Counted from the first letter of the whole stretch, positions 1 through 15,051 are shown. The stretch is DNA of 62,953 nt, filler included, from Reticulomyxa filosa (GCA_000512085.1; 25 parts of 25 records of this genome joined end to end with filler, not necessarily neighbours in it); one strand, 5' to 3'. Numbers and translations: made by a program. The notes: a model not told the origin generated them from the sequence alone.

Positions 1-13
1 AAAAAAAAAAAGA

Positions 14-1617
14 TTGACAGGCAAAAAATATGATTGCTTGAACTTGTCGTCGTACAATTATTTGGGATTTGCACAACCCGGAAGTGAGACGGAAGAGTTT
101 GTGTTGAAGAACATGGAGTTGTATGGAGTGTCCACGACAAGCTGTCCATTGAACACGGGCCAAACGGCTCTGCATGACGAATTGGAGAAAACAGTGGCGG
201 ACTTCCTCGGAGTGGAAGAGGCAATGGTGTTTGGCATGGGCTGGGGCACCAACACCACTGCAATCCCTGCTTTGGTCGGAAAGGGCTGTCTCGTCATCAG
301 CGACTCTTTGAATCATAACTCCATTGTCGTTGGTGCTCGAAGCAGTGGTTCCATCATCAAAACTTTCCCTCACAATAGTTTTGATCCCTTTTTTATTATA
401 CGATGAAACACAAACTTATACTTTATATTTTATCTGACGTTTTGGTTATTATTTAAAAAAAAAATAAGCTTAGAAATTTCTTTATTAAAAAAAATGATGT
501 GATTTGTTGCTGGATTTGTATGCGTGGGGGGGGACTCACTACTTGTAAAGATACCGCGGCTTTGGAAAAAGTTGTTCGTCGGTCTATCATTGAAGGACAA
601 CCTCGCACACATCGCCCTTGGAAAAAAATTCTTATCATTATTGAAGGTGTTTACAGCATGGAAGGTGAAATCTGTCCTTTGGCCAAGATTGTTGAAATCA
701 AAAAGAAATACAAAGTTTTGCTCTTTTTTTTTTTTTTAAAAAAAAAAAACATTTTAAAATTGCCAACACCCCTAACCCAATTCCATACTCCTTTTTTTTT
801 TGTTTTGTGTGTTGCGAAGTGCTATTTGTATTTGGATGAAGCCCATTCCATTGGTGCCGTTGGTGTGACCGGCCGCGGTGTTTGTGAACATTCTGGTGTT
901 AATCCAAAAGATGTTGATGTGCTCATGGGAACGTTCACAAAATCCTTTGGTGCAATTGGCGGATATGTCGCTGGAACTAAAGTTTCCTTGCTTTTTTTTT
1001 ATACAAACAAACAAGCAAAAAAACAATACTTATATTTCAATTGCTTGGACGCTTTTTTTTTAATGGTGCGTGTGAAAATTAAAGAGGTTAATATCAGCCG
1101 TTCGTTCGGTATGTGCAAGTCAAATGTTTTCAAGCGGATTGTCTCCACCTTGTGCTGCTCAAGTGTTGGCAGCTTTTCGTGTAATTGGTACTGAAAAAGG
1201 GAAAAAAAGAATGCTACAACTGGTTCAAAATTCCAACTTATTGCGAGAAACATTACGAGAAAGAGGATTTCACGTCATCGGTGATAATGACTCGGCTGTT
1301 GTTCCTGTCGTCATTGGACATCCGGCCAAACTTGGAACTTTTTCGAGATACTGTTTGGAAAAAGGAGTTGAGTTTTTTTTTTAAATAATTTTTGTTGTTG
1401 TATTCGTTGTTTGAAAGGTATTTTCCTATTTTCAAATTGTATGTCACAGGTGGCCGTTGTAATTGTTGGCTTCCCAGCCACTCCGTTGTTGTTGGGTCGA
1501 GTCCGATTTTGTTGTACAGCAGCACACACTGAAGAAGATATTCGCAAAGCTTGTGATATTATTACCGAAGCGGGCAAATATGCTCACGGTTTGTACAGAA
1601 AAAAGATTTTGGGATAA
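14..1617 (+). CDS. LCB2: Serine palmitoyltransferase subunit 2 (LCB2/SPTLC2), 5'-truncated, 5 exons (about 14-377, 551-714, 820-981, 1085-1366, 1450-1617)
   Basis: [54 protein letters not shown] (PLP lysine) and VGFPATPL motifs. Removing GT-AG introns 378-550, 715-819, 982-1084 and 1367-1449 restores one frame. Confidence 0.95.
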
Positions 1618-2108
1618 TTCCGGAATCAGAAAAAGGTTATTTTGTTCAGAGCATTCTTTTTTGGGGGATATGGAGGGAAAGAAATGGTGTTTTGCTTTTT
1701 TTTAAATAAAAATCGTTGAAAATGGCTTGTGTTATTCCTTTGTTTTTCTTCTTTATGCGCTTCGATCTCAAGATTATTGTTTTTGTTACCAAAGAGATTT
1801 TTGAATATGAAACTTTTCATTTGTGTTAACTTTTTTTTTTTTGAGCTTATATTGCCCGTATCTTTATTTTCTAATCACTCATACCATTTTTTTTGAGCCA
1901 AATGATACTTATCTGCGAACAAATTCACTACTGTAGACGCAATTATCAATAAAAAAAGCCAAATTAAAAAAAAAGATGTGGTATGAGACCAAATGGATAC
2001 CACCCACGAATACAAAAGCAATCACATTCTCAAACTGGTGAGGGTGAAGCTATAAAAGGCATTTGCAGTTTTTACTTTAGTTTTCTCGGACAAGAAAAAG
2101 GAAAAAAT

Positions 2109-3236
2109 TTATTGAGGTGTTTCGGTCTTCTTTTCGTGATCAATTTGATTAACTAAAAGTTGATATTGTTCGGAAATATCTGCCAAAGGCTCAAAGACTT
2201 TCATAGATTCTACAACAGACGACCGTCGATTTTTACTGGATTGGCCCATGTCGACAGGTATTTGACCTTTGACAAATTCCACCAGTTCACCAGAGCGATC
2301 AATGGACCGTCGACAAGCGTCAAGCACTTTCTCAGTCATCAAAGTGAGAAGCGGCCAAATGCCTTCAGCTTTTTGCGTTTGATGAATTCTCGACATTCGA
2401 TGAATCATTTCCACCTCTTGCGTGCAATTCGTGAACTTGGCACTTTTAATATACTCACTGCAATCATAAGGATTCAAGGTGGAATATTGAACAGTGTAAA
2501 AGCATTGTTTTTCGCTGGGCAGACTCCATTGTCGAATTTCTGCTGTGCCTTTCTCGCCAACGATTTCCGCCTTTTTTTTAAAAAAAAAATAAAAATATGT
2601 AAAAAAAAAAAAAAAAAATTTGGAGACGAGAAGAAAAGAGATGATATCGAATCAAAAGAATAGAAAAGAAAATACATTTTGTCGCAAAGGAGAGTGATAA
2701 GAACAATCAAATGAAGCAATTCGGTCACCACTGAAAAAGATCCAACACGAGACATCTTGAATGGCGCCATCTTTGCTTCGCTTGTGACAAACCGCTTTGA
2801 CATATAGTGGCTGCTCATAATCGAACGCCCACAAGCTCAATCGAATGCTATGCGAGCCCAAGTCGCCCAGCACTCCCAAGGGTTCCAGTTCGGGTATATT
2901 TCGAATATTCATCACGTCCAAACTTGTTGTACAACCACAATAGTCAAAAACAAAGCATTCAAAAAGGGGGGGGGGGATAGGAAGGTGTTTAAAAAAAAAA
3001 AAAAAAACGTATACAAAAAAAAAAACAAACCATGGGACACTGAAGGTACTATTGATTCGTAAGATGTCCCCCAATATTTTTTTCTGATGAATTTTGTCAT
3101 TTAAATCTTTAAATCTCGAATGATGCATAAATTGAATCCCATCCATAAATTGTACATTTTTCACTCGGCATGATGCAATTATCACTTCGACATCTTTTGG
3201 ACTTCCGATTGGCCGTTCGCATAACACGTGTTTCCG

Positions 3237-3237
<1 letters not shown>
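2109..3237 (-). CDS. Gfo/Idh/MocA family NAD(P)-dependent oxidoreductase, 5'-truncated, spliced
   Basis: KHVLCERP, QFMDGIQFMHHSRF, NIRNIPELEPLGVLGDLGSH and ASFDCSY. Introns lie near 2941-3032 and 2571-2675. Confidence 0.85.
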
Positions 3238-3271
<34 letters not shown>

Positions 3272-3279
3272 AATTTTTT

Positions 3280-3379
3280 NNNNNNNNNNNNNNNNNNNNN
3301 NNNNNNNNNNNNNNNNNNNNNNNTTAATTAATTAANNNNNNNNNNNNNNNNNNNNNNNNNNNNNNNNNNNNNNNNNNNN
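3280..3379. other. Artificial contig spacer, first of 24 identical 100-nt linkers. The others start at 7438, 8538, 10417, 12463, 14893, 22371, 26915, 28671, 30333, 31433, 33808, 36462, 37581, 45411, 46762, 48112, 50853, 52084, 53626, 56389, 57502, 60035 and 61605.
   Basis: 44 N + TTAATTAATTAA (stops in all six frames) + 44 N, repeated identically. Confidence 0.98.
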
Positions 3380-3668
3380 AAGCTGTAAATGTTATATTGG
3401 TCCTAACTTGACATTCGCCATTTGTTGGCCAGTTCCATGTAAGCAGTGCTGTCCCATTATCGTTGCATCTCCACATCGTGGAACGGTATGATTGCGTCCC
3501 GTCTTGGTTCGTGTCGAAATATGCCTTGCACACGTTCAGCGGAATCCAAGGGGTATTATGACCGTCTCCTCCATACCATTGACAATTTGGACTTATTGGA
3601 CTAACTTCACCTTGGATTAGTGACGATAAAAGCAATATACAGGTCACTGATAATAATAATGCCATCAA
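3380..3668 (-). CDS. Secreted Cys-containing protein, N-terminal part
   Basis: Hydrophobic signal peptide MMALLLSVTCILLLSSLIQG followed by a region with four Cys (PLNVC...MWRC...GEC). Runs into the contig end. Confidence 0.6.
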
Positions 3669-6226
3669 AGCCGTTGAACGAAGAAAAGGGGAAGCAATTG
3701 GCTTGTAGTTTGAAAATCTAAGGACAGCTTGCGAAAATAGCCTTACAAATCTGGTGTAACGATGCTTAGTATCTTAATAAATAGTGCTAAACGCTGCATA
3801 TTGATGTTAACAACTGACCAGATTAGTTGACGCACTTTTATTGTGTTTCAGTTATAGTGATACCTTGGTTTTATATGCATCTAATTAAAAACAAATTTTT
3901 CAAGACTAACAGATCTATAAAAAAGGTACTAGTTTGAAATGTTGATCAAGGCAAATCTGCAAACTTTTGAAAAAATAATTACTTCTATCGTATTTCTGAT
4001 GCATTCTGCCTTTTAGGTGCCATTTTTTGCATTCATATTTTGGAACCAATATATTACAAAATAAATAGTAATAACGAACACAGAATAAAATTAAATATGG
4101 ATTCGTTGAAAAACAGCTAATTGAATACTCTAAGTTCTTATTTCAAACAAATTTGTTGGTCTAATATTTTTTTATTCATTTTTTACACGGCCCCTCCTAT
4201 TTAAAACAAACAGATAACAGAAACAATGTCCACTGATAATCTAAGTGTTCGAAAAATTGTGACAATAGTAAAAATGGGGACTTTCTACACATTAAACTAC
4301 TTATGACAAATTTTTTAAGATGTATGCAACGCCAAATTGTAATTTGAACAAAATTTTGATCGAGTACAATCCCATTTTTTTGTACTGATTTAATTCATTT
4401 TTGTTTATTTGTTTTTTTTTGCTTCCAAAAGAACGTCATCTTTAAATCAAAGAAAGGACTTTACACGACAACATACAGATCCGATGACACCTCCCATCAC
4501 TTAAAAAAGCCTCAACAACACTTTGGCAAAAGAAAGTAAATCTTTTATTTTGTTGAAGTTACAACAAACAATAATCCTCGAAATATTTAAAGGACAAACG
4601 TCTGTCTTGGGGGAGGAATGTCAGTTATGGGAATTAAATCGAACCTTTCTTTGTCCTCACGTTTCGTTATTTTCGTGCTTAATCAAGCTACATGAAACAC
4701 ATACACGCAATCTCGCACAATTTCTTTTAAAAAAATTTGACATCATAAAAATTAAATAAACAAAGTAACTTTTCTGAATCCGATTGCATTGGCCTTTTCA
4801 CGAAAACATCGACGGCAAATAAACAAATGATATTTGCGAATTAATCCTCTCGAGTTTCGGCAAACACGGCTTAATATTTATTCAGTTTGTTTATGTGTGC
4901 TTTTTTTTTTCCTGTTCTTTTTTGTTTTGTTTGTCACTCATTACCATCTTCGAGTTCCTTTGCACCAAGTGCCTGGTTTTTTATGTTTTGCCCAGTGTTG
5001 TTTAAAACCCATATTTATTTAATTGCGGGGTTTGGGATATTAGTTTTGTAATGAGGTGAACTTTTGAGTACGTTTAACCCTGTTTTTACTCTATTTCTGA
5101 TTTTCCACATGCACTTTTATCAATAAAACTAAACGTGTGTTAATTTAATATAAACTTAATTTTTAAATTTTATTAATGATATTTATAATTTGTCATATCA
5201 CCAAATATTGGTACGATACATCAACATAAAATTATGTAAATTGCAGAGGTTATTGAAATGTTGATGGTGTAAATAGATTCTCAGAATTAGACAATTACAA
5301 GGTTTGTCGTGAAATATTCAATCTGGCAAACAAATTCAATTGCTCAATGCATAACAAGCTATGTGAATATGGTTTGATATTTACCATTTACGGTAAATAA
5401 TAGCAAAGTCAGTGGTAGTGAAAATGTATTGTTTGTACTTGAGATAAGTACATATTACATAAAGTTTACTTTGACTTTGCTAATTTTGTTTAAGAAAGAG
5501 CCTGAATAAGAGTTTATTTGAATTATTTATCTTGTGTACAGTTTATTTTGACTTGGATGGAAGTGTTTGAAATTGCAACAAAAGAAAAAAAATCAAAGCT
5601 ACACAAACCAGACAGTGACACCAATAACAATAATAAGCACATTTCAAACGAGTTGACAGAAGCTTTACATTTTCGAATGCAATAATAAATGAAGTGAACA
5701 GTTTGGTTCGGTACTATCATCAAGAAAAAGTCTTTTTTTTGGCAAGTAGATTTCTCGCATTATATACATTTTTCAACACAATTTTTAATAAATGGAAAAG
5801 CTCTTAAAAGGCATAAAGTTACTACATATTCAAGTGGCTCTGATCCGTTTACAGAATAGCATCACAAAATATTTTTAAATATCGATTTATATATTGCTTT
5901 GAAAAATAGAGCCAGGTTTTTAACACTGTAAAAACAATAAAACTGTCATTTTTATCATAAAAGCAATATTTGAAATGGCAGACAAAATGTGGTAAATACT
6001 GTTGAACTAGCGAGGTTAAAAAAAGGTGTCACTCCGTGTTCAAATTTGCTTAAATAGTCATTGTTTTTCGCAGTAAAAGAAATTAATACCCAGCCCGATA
6101 AGGTTTGTAATTCGTTTGTAAAAACAACGTATCAAAAATTTTTATCCTAACACAAAATTAAGAGGAAGGGCAGAACTGGCTACCTTCCACTCAAAAAAAA
6201 AAAACATACGTACAAAACTAAAGGGC

Positions 6227-7437
6227 ATGACAGACGAAAACATTCCAGTCTCTGAGATAGACTTGTCAAAGGAGAATGGCAAGTCGAGCGCGAAACCGCC
6301 AAGGGTGGATGATGAATTTAATGAAGATGATGAAGTGCGTAAGTTGTGGCAATAGATTGTAATGCTGAATCGCCGTTTTCCTTTCTCTGTATCATTAACA
6401 AATGCACTTCTTTGGGATTTATTGGTCAAAAGGGGGTGTGTGTACGTATAACAAACGAACGCACAGGATAAGGAGATCAAAGTTTCCATCAATACTGAAA
6501 GCACGAATAACTCTGTTTAGTAAAGACAAAAAAAAAAAAAAAGAGGAGACTGACTTTTTATTCAACAAACATGTTTTCTGTCTAATTAGTCACTGAATCG
6601 TCAAGAGAGAGAAAAATTCGAATATGAAAATAAAAGGAAATTGAACGAAGTGAACATGCGAGCTAGTAAGGTGTGCTTTTTTTTTTTTTTTTTTTTAATC
6701 ATTAAAAAAAAAAAAAACAATCTTGAAATGATGGACATGTAACTCATCATTAAAAACCTTAACAGGAATCAGGATATTATAACAGTAATCTCAGCAATCA
6801 CAATGAAAACAATAGTTAAGAGATGGACGAAGTGTGGAGTTTGTTATGACTCTGTGGTTTAAAAAAAAAAAAAAAAAGTATATACGTATACGTATACGTA
6901 TTTTAATAGGAAAAAGAGTTCAGTTAGACGGCGGGAGTGGAGATGCTAACAAAAAATTCAGGCATTGAAACTTCAGATACCAAAGATTTGGACATTAAAT
7001 TTCCAGATGTCGAAGACTCAGACATTGAAAATCCAGGAAAACAAAATCAAAATGAACAGCGAAAAAGAACAGTTGCTACTTGTTTTTTTTGTGTGTGTGT
7101 GTATATATATTACATGTCGAAAAAATATAGACACAACATAAGCAGACAAAAAAAAAAAAAAAAATGATAATAAATGTATGTGTAGGCATTAAGTAATCAG
7201 GTGATCAAAGACCTGCGCACCATGTGTACCAACAAGTCATCAAAAGAAGCACTGGGCGCATACTTAGAATCGGAGGAAGAGGAAAATATAAACGCGTGGT
7301 ATTCGAGCACAAATATGCTTGTCAAGTTGTGGAAAGAGAGAAATAAAGAGGCGTTTGAACTTAGTAAGAAAGTTGAGAATGATATTTGGGCTGACTTTTA
7401 TTTGAGAAGAAAGGTGAACAAGACCAAAACAGCAGTG
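6227..7437 (+). CDS. Hypothetical multi-exon charged/coiled-coil protein, 3'-truncated
   Basis: MTDENIPVSEIDL... with several short GT-AG introns, and purine-rich exons such as 6910-7070 and 7187-7437. Confidence 0.5.
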
Positions 7438-7537
7438 NNNNNNNNNNNNNNNNNNNNNNNNNNNNNNNNNNNNNNNNNNNNTTAATTAATTAANNNNNNN
7501 NNNNNNNNNNNNNNNNNNNNNNNNNNNNNNNNNNNNN

Positions 7538-8440
7538 GACATGACTACGTACAATATTTTTATCAAATGTTTGCTTGTCTGTGGGGATGTCAAACTTTGT
7601 TTGCTCAACCGGGTATACGTGCGTTTTGTGTTCATGGACTTCTTGCCGCTGATTGGTTTGCGTACGTTCGGAGGGGATTTGCTTTCTGAGTGATGAAGGG
7701 ACCTGTATTGGTTGAACTTGAATCGCTCCTGCATTGTCTGCAAATTTTAACGTAGCCTCCGATGTTTTAGCGTTTATTGCGCCGGCGATAATGTAAACAA
7801 GAAGGATATGTGTGTATGTGCGTTAACGAATGGGTGCAAAAACTTACGTAATCCATCGCCCTTTGCCGGTGTTAGTTTTCCTTGTTCACGCAGTTCTTTG
7901 AAAATGACTTGTAATTGCGACAACACTGTGTTGATGCATCCTGCTTCCCGTCTTCTGCACTGTAATGTTTTCTTGTCAGTTGAATGAGCAAAGTCATCGC
8001 CGAGTGCACTATCTCCCTCACTTCCGACGCAATCCACCACGATGATGGACTTTGTTGATTCTGTACGTTCATTGGCTAGATGTTGTGATTGAAACCAAAA
8101 AACGACATGTCCACGCGAAGAATCTGGATTTTTACCTGTTGGTGCGATGTGCGAAGCTTGACTTGCGTTTTGGACGATTGAGTATACATCTTCCGGTTTT
8201 TGGATAACGGTTTGAGTGAGCTTGTCAATGTTGATTGTGGTTGATCAGATTTTCTTCGACCAATCCGAATTTTGATTGCGCTGATCTAATAAATCGAAAA
8301 ATTCAATACGAGTGACTATTTGTCCAACGCTGAGCGCAACATGTGGGGCAGCATTCCGATTTCAGTTTGTTGCTGATTGCCTATAATTGAAAATGTTTTT
8401 CCGCTTCCTGTTTGGCCATAGGCAAACAACACGGCGTTAA
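7538..8440 (-). CDS. Hypothetical protein fragment, spliced
   Basis: Higher-GC coding-like segments on the minus strand (7872-8072 and 7560-7743). No recognisable domain. Confidence 0.3.
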
Positions 8441-8637
8441 ATCCCATAATGACGTTATAACTTTGATTTTGTTAAAAAAAATATGTTTATGAGAAAAAAA
8501 AATTAACTTTAATCAGACTTTTTTTTTTGTCTGTAAGNNNNNNNNNNNNNNNNNNNNNNNNNNNNNNNNNNNNNNNNNNNNTTAATTAATTAANNNNNNN
8601 NNNNNNNNNNNNNNNNNNNNNNNNNNNNNNNNNNNNN

Positions 8638-8676
<39 letters not shown>

Positions 8677-8677
<1 letters not shown>

Positions 8678-9486
8678 ACATAATTCGCAAAGGCATGAGC
8701 CTCGATTTTGAAGATGAAAATGCCAAGATTTTGTATATCGCACATCTGATTGACCAAGCGCTGTCTCGTCCGGATATATTGGCACTGTACTATGCACACA
8801 CCACTGGCAAATCGACGCTGCAGCGGAACAGCGGCCAGCAGGATAACGAGTTATTAGATCAGGACATTGGCCACACCAATTCCAATTCGACGAATGTCAA
8901 TGACAATGACAATGATAATGATAATGACAATGATAATGACAATGATAATGATAATGACAACGATGACGACACAAACAACAGCAATGACAACGACGATGAC
9001 AACGACAGTCAAAATGCAAATGACGATCACACTTATAACAACAACAGTGACGAGTACAGTCGAGATCATGGCAAAAACCATAACAAAACTGAAAATGGGT
9101 ATCAAAATGGTATTACTAATAATATCAATAATAATATCAATAATAACATTAATAATAACATTAATAATAATAATAATAATAATGATAACAATAATAATAT
9201 CATTATTAACAATACCAACAATAATTCAAATGCCAATACAAACAATACAAATAACAATAACAATATCAATAGGATGACGGCATTTTCTTCTGATCTAACC
9301 AATCCTTATATGATTTTAAACAATACCAATGGTGATAATGGCCCCTCTCAATCCTCACATTTTTTTCCAGTCATATCAATGCCCTTTTCCACTATCATGC
9401 CGGTATTGTCTGGGAATGAACATACAATACAAAATCAAGGAGGGGGAGGAACCTCTCTGCAAATGAAAACTGAAAAAGATATCTAA
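8677..9486 (+). CDS. C-terminal exon of an Asn/Asp-rich low-complexity protein
   Basis: Open frame after a poly-A/AG acceptor, with (DN)n and poly-N tracts. Confidence 0.55.
8899..9270 (+). repeat. Coding microsatellites (GAYAAT)n and (AAT/AAC)n
   Basis: Directly visible tandem hexa- and trinucleotide repeats. Confidence 0.9.
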
Positions 9487-10516
9487 CACAAAACACACAA
9501 AGTACTATTAATTGAGATGAAAAGAGTGCAACGTGAAAAGATAAAATTGCACTTTTTTTTTTGACATTTTGTTTTTTTGATCGACTTTTTTTTTTTTTTT
9601 TTTTTGGAGCTATGTTTATCGGCTCGGTATCCTAAAAAAAAAAGTCTCTTGTTATTTGGTGCGTTCATTTAGTTCATTTTTCAACATTGTAAACTTCATC
9701 ATCTTTCCAAAAAAAAAAAAACTGTGTTGCTCACGCGTTCTGTTTGCAAGAACTACAACCTACGTTTTCAAACGCTTTGCAAATTGAAAATGTATTGGCG
9801 TTCTTGCTTAAAAAATGAAGTAAAATGAATCCAACTGTGTTATCGGTAGGCAAATAAATGCTTCACTGGCCTTAATTTTGGTAACAAAATGTGTTACTTG
9901 TTGACATCCGTTCAAAAAGGACGCTAGAAAACAATACAAAAAAAACAAAACAAAAATAAATGGAATCTTCTTAATTAAAAAGGTTTACAAAAAATATGTA
10001 CAATTATATATAACAACGATAGATTGCTCGGTTGAATCTTCTTCTGATGTTATTACCTATTAATTTAAATTTGGTGTATCTTTCTTGAATTACACATTTA
10101 CCTATTTTTATCTTAATGTTAGCGTTGCCTCTGGCTCATCTATGTCCTTTAATGTATAAATTACGTGCCTTGATAGGAACCATTGAATGTAATAAATGAA
10201 TATGCGAATTTTAAATTTTATTGTAGAATACAAATAACTGTTTATCACTTTCATGTGATAAATGTTTTACTTTTATTATTTTATTTGTTATTTATTATGA
10301 CGAAAATTCACTAGTTTTTAAAAATCTTTATCAAAAATTTGTAATTGGACATTTGTACACTAAATAACTTACATATTTGAATGCAAGTAAAAGTAGTTTT
10401 GAAAAAAAAATATAAANNNNNNNNNNNNNNNNNNNNNNNNNNNNNNNNNNNNNNNNNNNNTTAATTAATTAANNNNNNNNNNNNNNNNNNNNNNNNNNNN
10501 NNNNNNNNNNNNNNNN

Positions 10517-12462
<1,946 letters not shown>

Positions 12463-12562
12463 NNNNNNNNNNNNNNNNNNNNNNNNNNNNNNNNNNNNNN
12501 NNNNNNTTAATTAATTAANNNNNNNNNNNNNNNNNNNNNNNNNNNNNNNNNNNNNNNNNNNN

Positions 12563-13861
12563 AACAATAACAATAACAATAACAATAACAATAACAATAA
12601 CGATGATGACGATGATGATAATACCGACAATGAAAAGCGCGACAGAGATAGGGATAGGGATTCGGACAATGACAGCGACTTTGAAATGAAAGTGCAAAAG
12701 AAAATGGTCAAGTCCGTCACGTATACCGCCGTGGACACTGCGAAGACAACCAAGCTGAAAACGGGCAAAATTGGAAAGACAGACGCCATTCAAACGGAGC
12801 AGTTGAAGCATCATCAAAGCATGGTCAATCCGCAATCTTCCTCGTTCGCAAAGTCCATGTTCGCTTCGTCTTCGCTTTCTACAGCAGGTGTTACAGGAGT
12901 TGCTATTACTGTGAATTCTCCTTCCTCACGAGCCTTTTCGACCAATAACAATAACAATAACAATAACAATAACAATAACAATGGCAATCCAAATCCGCCA
13001 AAACAGAGTATGAAAAAAGACGGACCTTTGGTGTTCAGTCTGGCAAAACTAGAGGCGTCCGCATCGACTGCGAAGGCGGATCAGACCAATAACAATGGAA
13101 CAGGAGGAGTAACGGATGCGCGCAATTCGAAAAAACACGAGGTGGAGGTGTCACACAGCAATTCGAAAAGCCACAGTCAGAGTGACATAATGAATAAGAG
13201 CAAAGACAAAGGCGATCGCGAAGAGAAGCGCGAGAACGCTCTCGAGGAACAGGAGGAAAATGAAATCAACGCCTATGTCACATTCGACGAACCAGACGAG
13301 TTCAACTTCCTCGAATTCAAATACCGTGTCATGTATGAACAGGTGCTCGCCGAACAGAGGGACTACGACCTCACGTATGCGTCGGCGTCACTCTATCCCA
13401 GTCAAGACACCACTCTTGGCGGTGTCCACATTGGCCTCGCTCGCGAAATCGAGGAACAGGAAAAGGCCTTGGCTCAGCTCCAAGGTTGGATCGACAAAAA
13501 GTCTCCTCACTTTACCAAAGGCTGGCAACGTCGATGGCTTGTCGTCTGCGATTACAATCTGCTGTATAGCAAGGAACAGAAAAAATACTCGGATCTCAAA
13601 GCCATGGATTTACAAAACATCTCCGGCAAGGTCCTCAATGTCATCCCTTTGATTGTTGTACAATACGTGGTACAGACCGACCCTCAAAAAACTGGTCGTC
13701 GCTTCGAGGTCGTGGCCAGAGATCCACGCAGCGGCGATCGTAGGCATTACCAGTTCCGCGCAAACTCCAGAGAGGAATGCACGTTCTGGGTTGATGGGCT
13801 TAATGCTCATCGCAATTTATTGCTGACCAAACTTACCAAACTCACACAAATGAAAGCGTAA
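12563..13861 (+). CDS. Protein with a C-terminal PH domain, 5'-truncated
   Basis: LQGWIDKKSPHFTKGWQRRWLVV...YQFRANSREECTFWVDGL matches the PH pattern. Confidence 0.85.
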   Translation, partial: NNNNNNNNNNNNNDDDDDDNTDNEKRDRDRDRDSDNDSDFEMKVQKKMVKSVTYTAVDTAKTTKLKTGKIGKTDAIQTEQLKHHQSMVNPQSSSFAKSMFASSSLSTAGVTGVAITVNSPSSRAFSTNNNNNNNNNNNNNGNPNPPKQSMKKDGPLVFSLAKLEASASTAKADQTNNNGTGGVTDARNSKKHEVEVSHSNSKSHSQSDIMNKSKDKGDREEKRENALEEQEENEINAYVTFDEPDEFNFLEFKYRVMYEQVLAEQRDYDLTYASASLYPSQDTTLGGVHIGLAREIEEQEKALAQLQGWIDKKSPHFTKGWQRRWLVVCDYNLLYSKEQKKYSDLKAMDLQNISGKVLNVIPLIVVQYVVQTDPQKTGRRFEVVARDPRSGDRRHYQFRANSREECTFWVDGLNAHRNLLLTKLTKLTQMKA

Positions 13862-14169
13862 AAAAAAAAAAAAAAAACAAGACAAGAGTTCATTTTTGTT
13901 GTTTCTTTCTCTTTCGAGTAATTCATTCTATTGGATAATGTTTCTTCAAAATCCTTTGTGCAGTGTACATTTTGAAATAAAAGCTTATTTTTGTTCCTTT
14001 CAAAAAATACCGTTACCGTGCAGAACTCAAAACTTTATATCATTTTTAATATAATATCATAACAATTTTCAATAAATAGAAATTATATATGTCAACAGCA
14101 ACGAAAAAGTTTTTCAACCTTTTTTTTTTCTTTTTCCCTCTTTTCTTGTTCATCCCCTCCCTAATAATA

Positions 14170-14751
14170 ATGATTCGGTTAACTTTGCTGTTGCTGGGTT
14201 CGATTGTTCTCCTGGAATGCATATGGGCAAAGAATGTCTTGGAATGCAGTTTTGTTGTTGTGTTTATTTGTGCAAAAAGATGAGGATCTATGGTAATTGA
14301 TGTACGTAGGAGAAGAGCAGGATCGCAAATGTTACGAGCAAAAATTGTACGGAAATGAACGAGGCTTTTCCGAATTGAAGTGCGTAGGAAAAGGATCGTG
14401 TGCGAGAAGTGAACTGCAATGTGCATCTGATAATGCGTCGCGACATTGTACCATTGATTGCATCAACACTCATTCGTTATTATTTTTTATTTTTTTATTT
14501 TTTTTCTTGTCTTTATATGCAACATATACATATACACACACGTACGAACAAGTGGCACATATACATATATAAAGGTGTTTGGGAAGTGTAATAAACGTAA
14601 GTGCGAGCGAAACAACGCACGTGATAAGATGCGTTTCGGCGCACTCGTGTGTGAACACAAGCATTGTTATTCACAGTGGTAGTGCAGTCGTACATTGTCT
14701 CTCAAAGGCTTCTTGCCAGTTTATGCACGCCGTCGTTTCACATTCTTCTGG
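14170..14751 (+). CDS. Secreted Cys-rich repeat protein, spliced, 3'-truncated
   Basis: Signal peptide MIRLTLLLLGSIVLLECIWA. Exons carry repeated C-x4-SC units (CVGKGSC, CVSAHSC, CLSKASC). Confidence 0.65.
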
Positions 14752-14992
14752 TATTTTGTTTCTATTCACGAGTGATATATACATATACATAAATTTATAC
14801 ATACGTATACATATACATATACAAATGTATGTATACGTATTTCTTTCCCTTTTTTTTTTTTTTTTTTTTTTTGGGAAAAAAAAAAAAAAAAANNNNNNNN
14901 NNNNNNNNNNNNNNNNNNNNNNNNNNNNNNNNNNNNTTAATTAATTAANNNNNNNNNNNNNNNNNNNNNNNNNNNNNNNNNNNNNNNNNNNN

Positions 14993-15028
<36 letters not shown>

Positions 15029-15051
15029 TTATTATTGTTGTCATTGTTGCT

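Noticed and set aside
14-1617. Non-standard genetic code to explain the fragmented ORFs
   Set aside because: Conserved genes are fully restored by GT-AG introns and end at ordinary stop codons.
3324-3335. Regularly recurring TTAATTAATTAA as a CRISPR-like or regulatory repeat
   Set aside because: It is always centred in N runs, so it is an artificial six-frame stop linker.
8854-9302. Hydrophobic Ile/Val/Leu-rich ORFs resembling membrane proteins (also 12511-12835 and 20579-21082)
   Set aside because: They are alternate-frame or antisense readings of AAT/GAT microsatellites.
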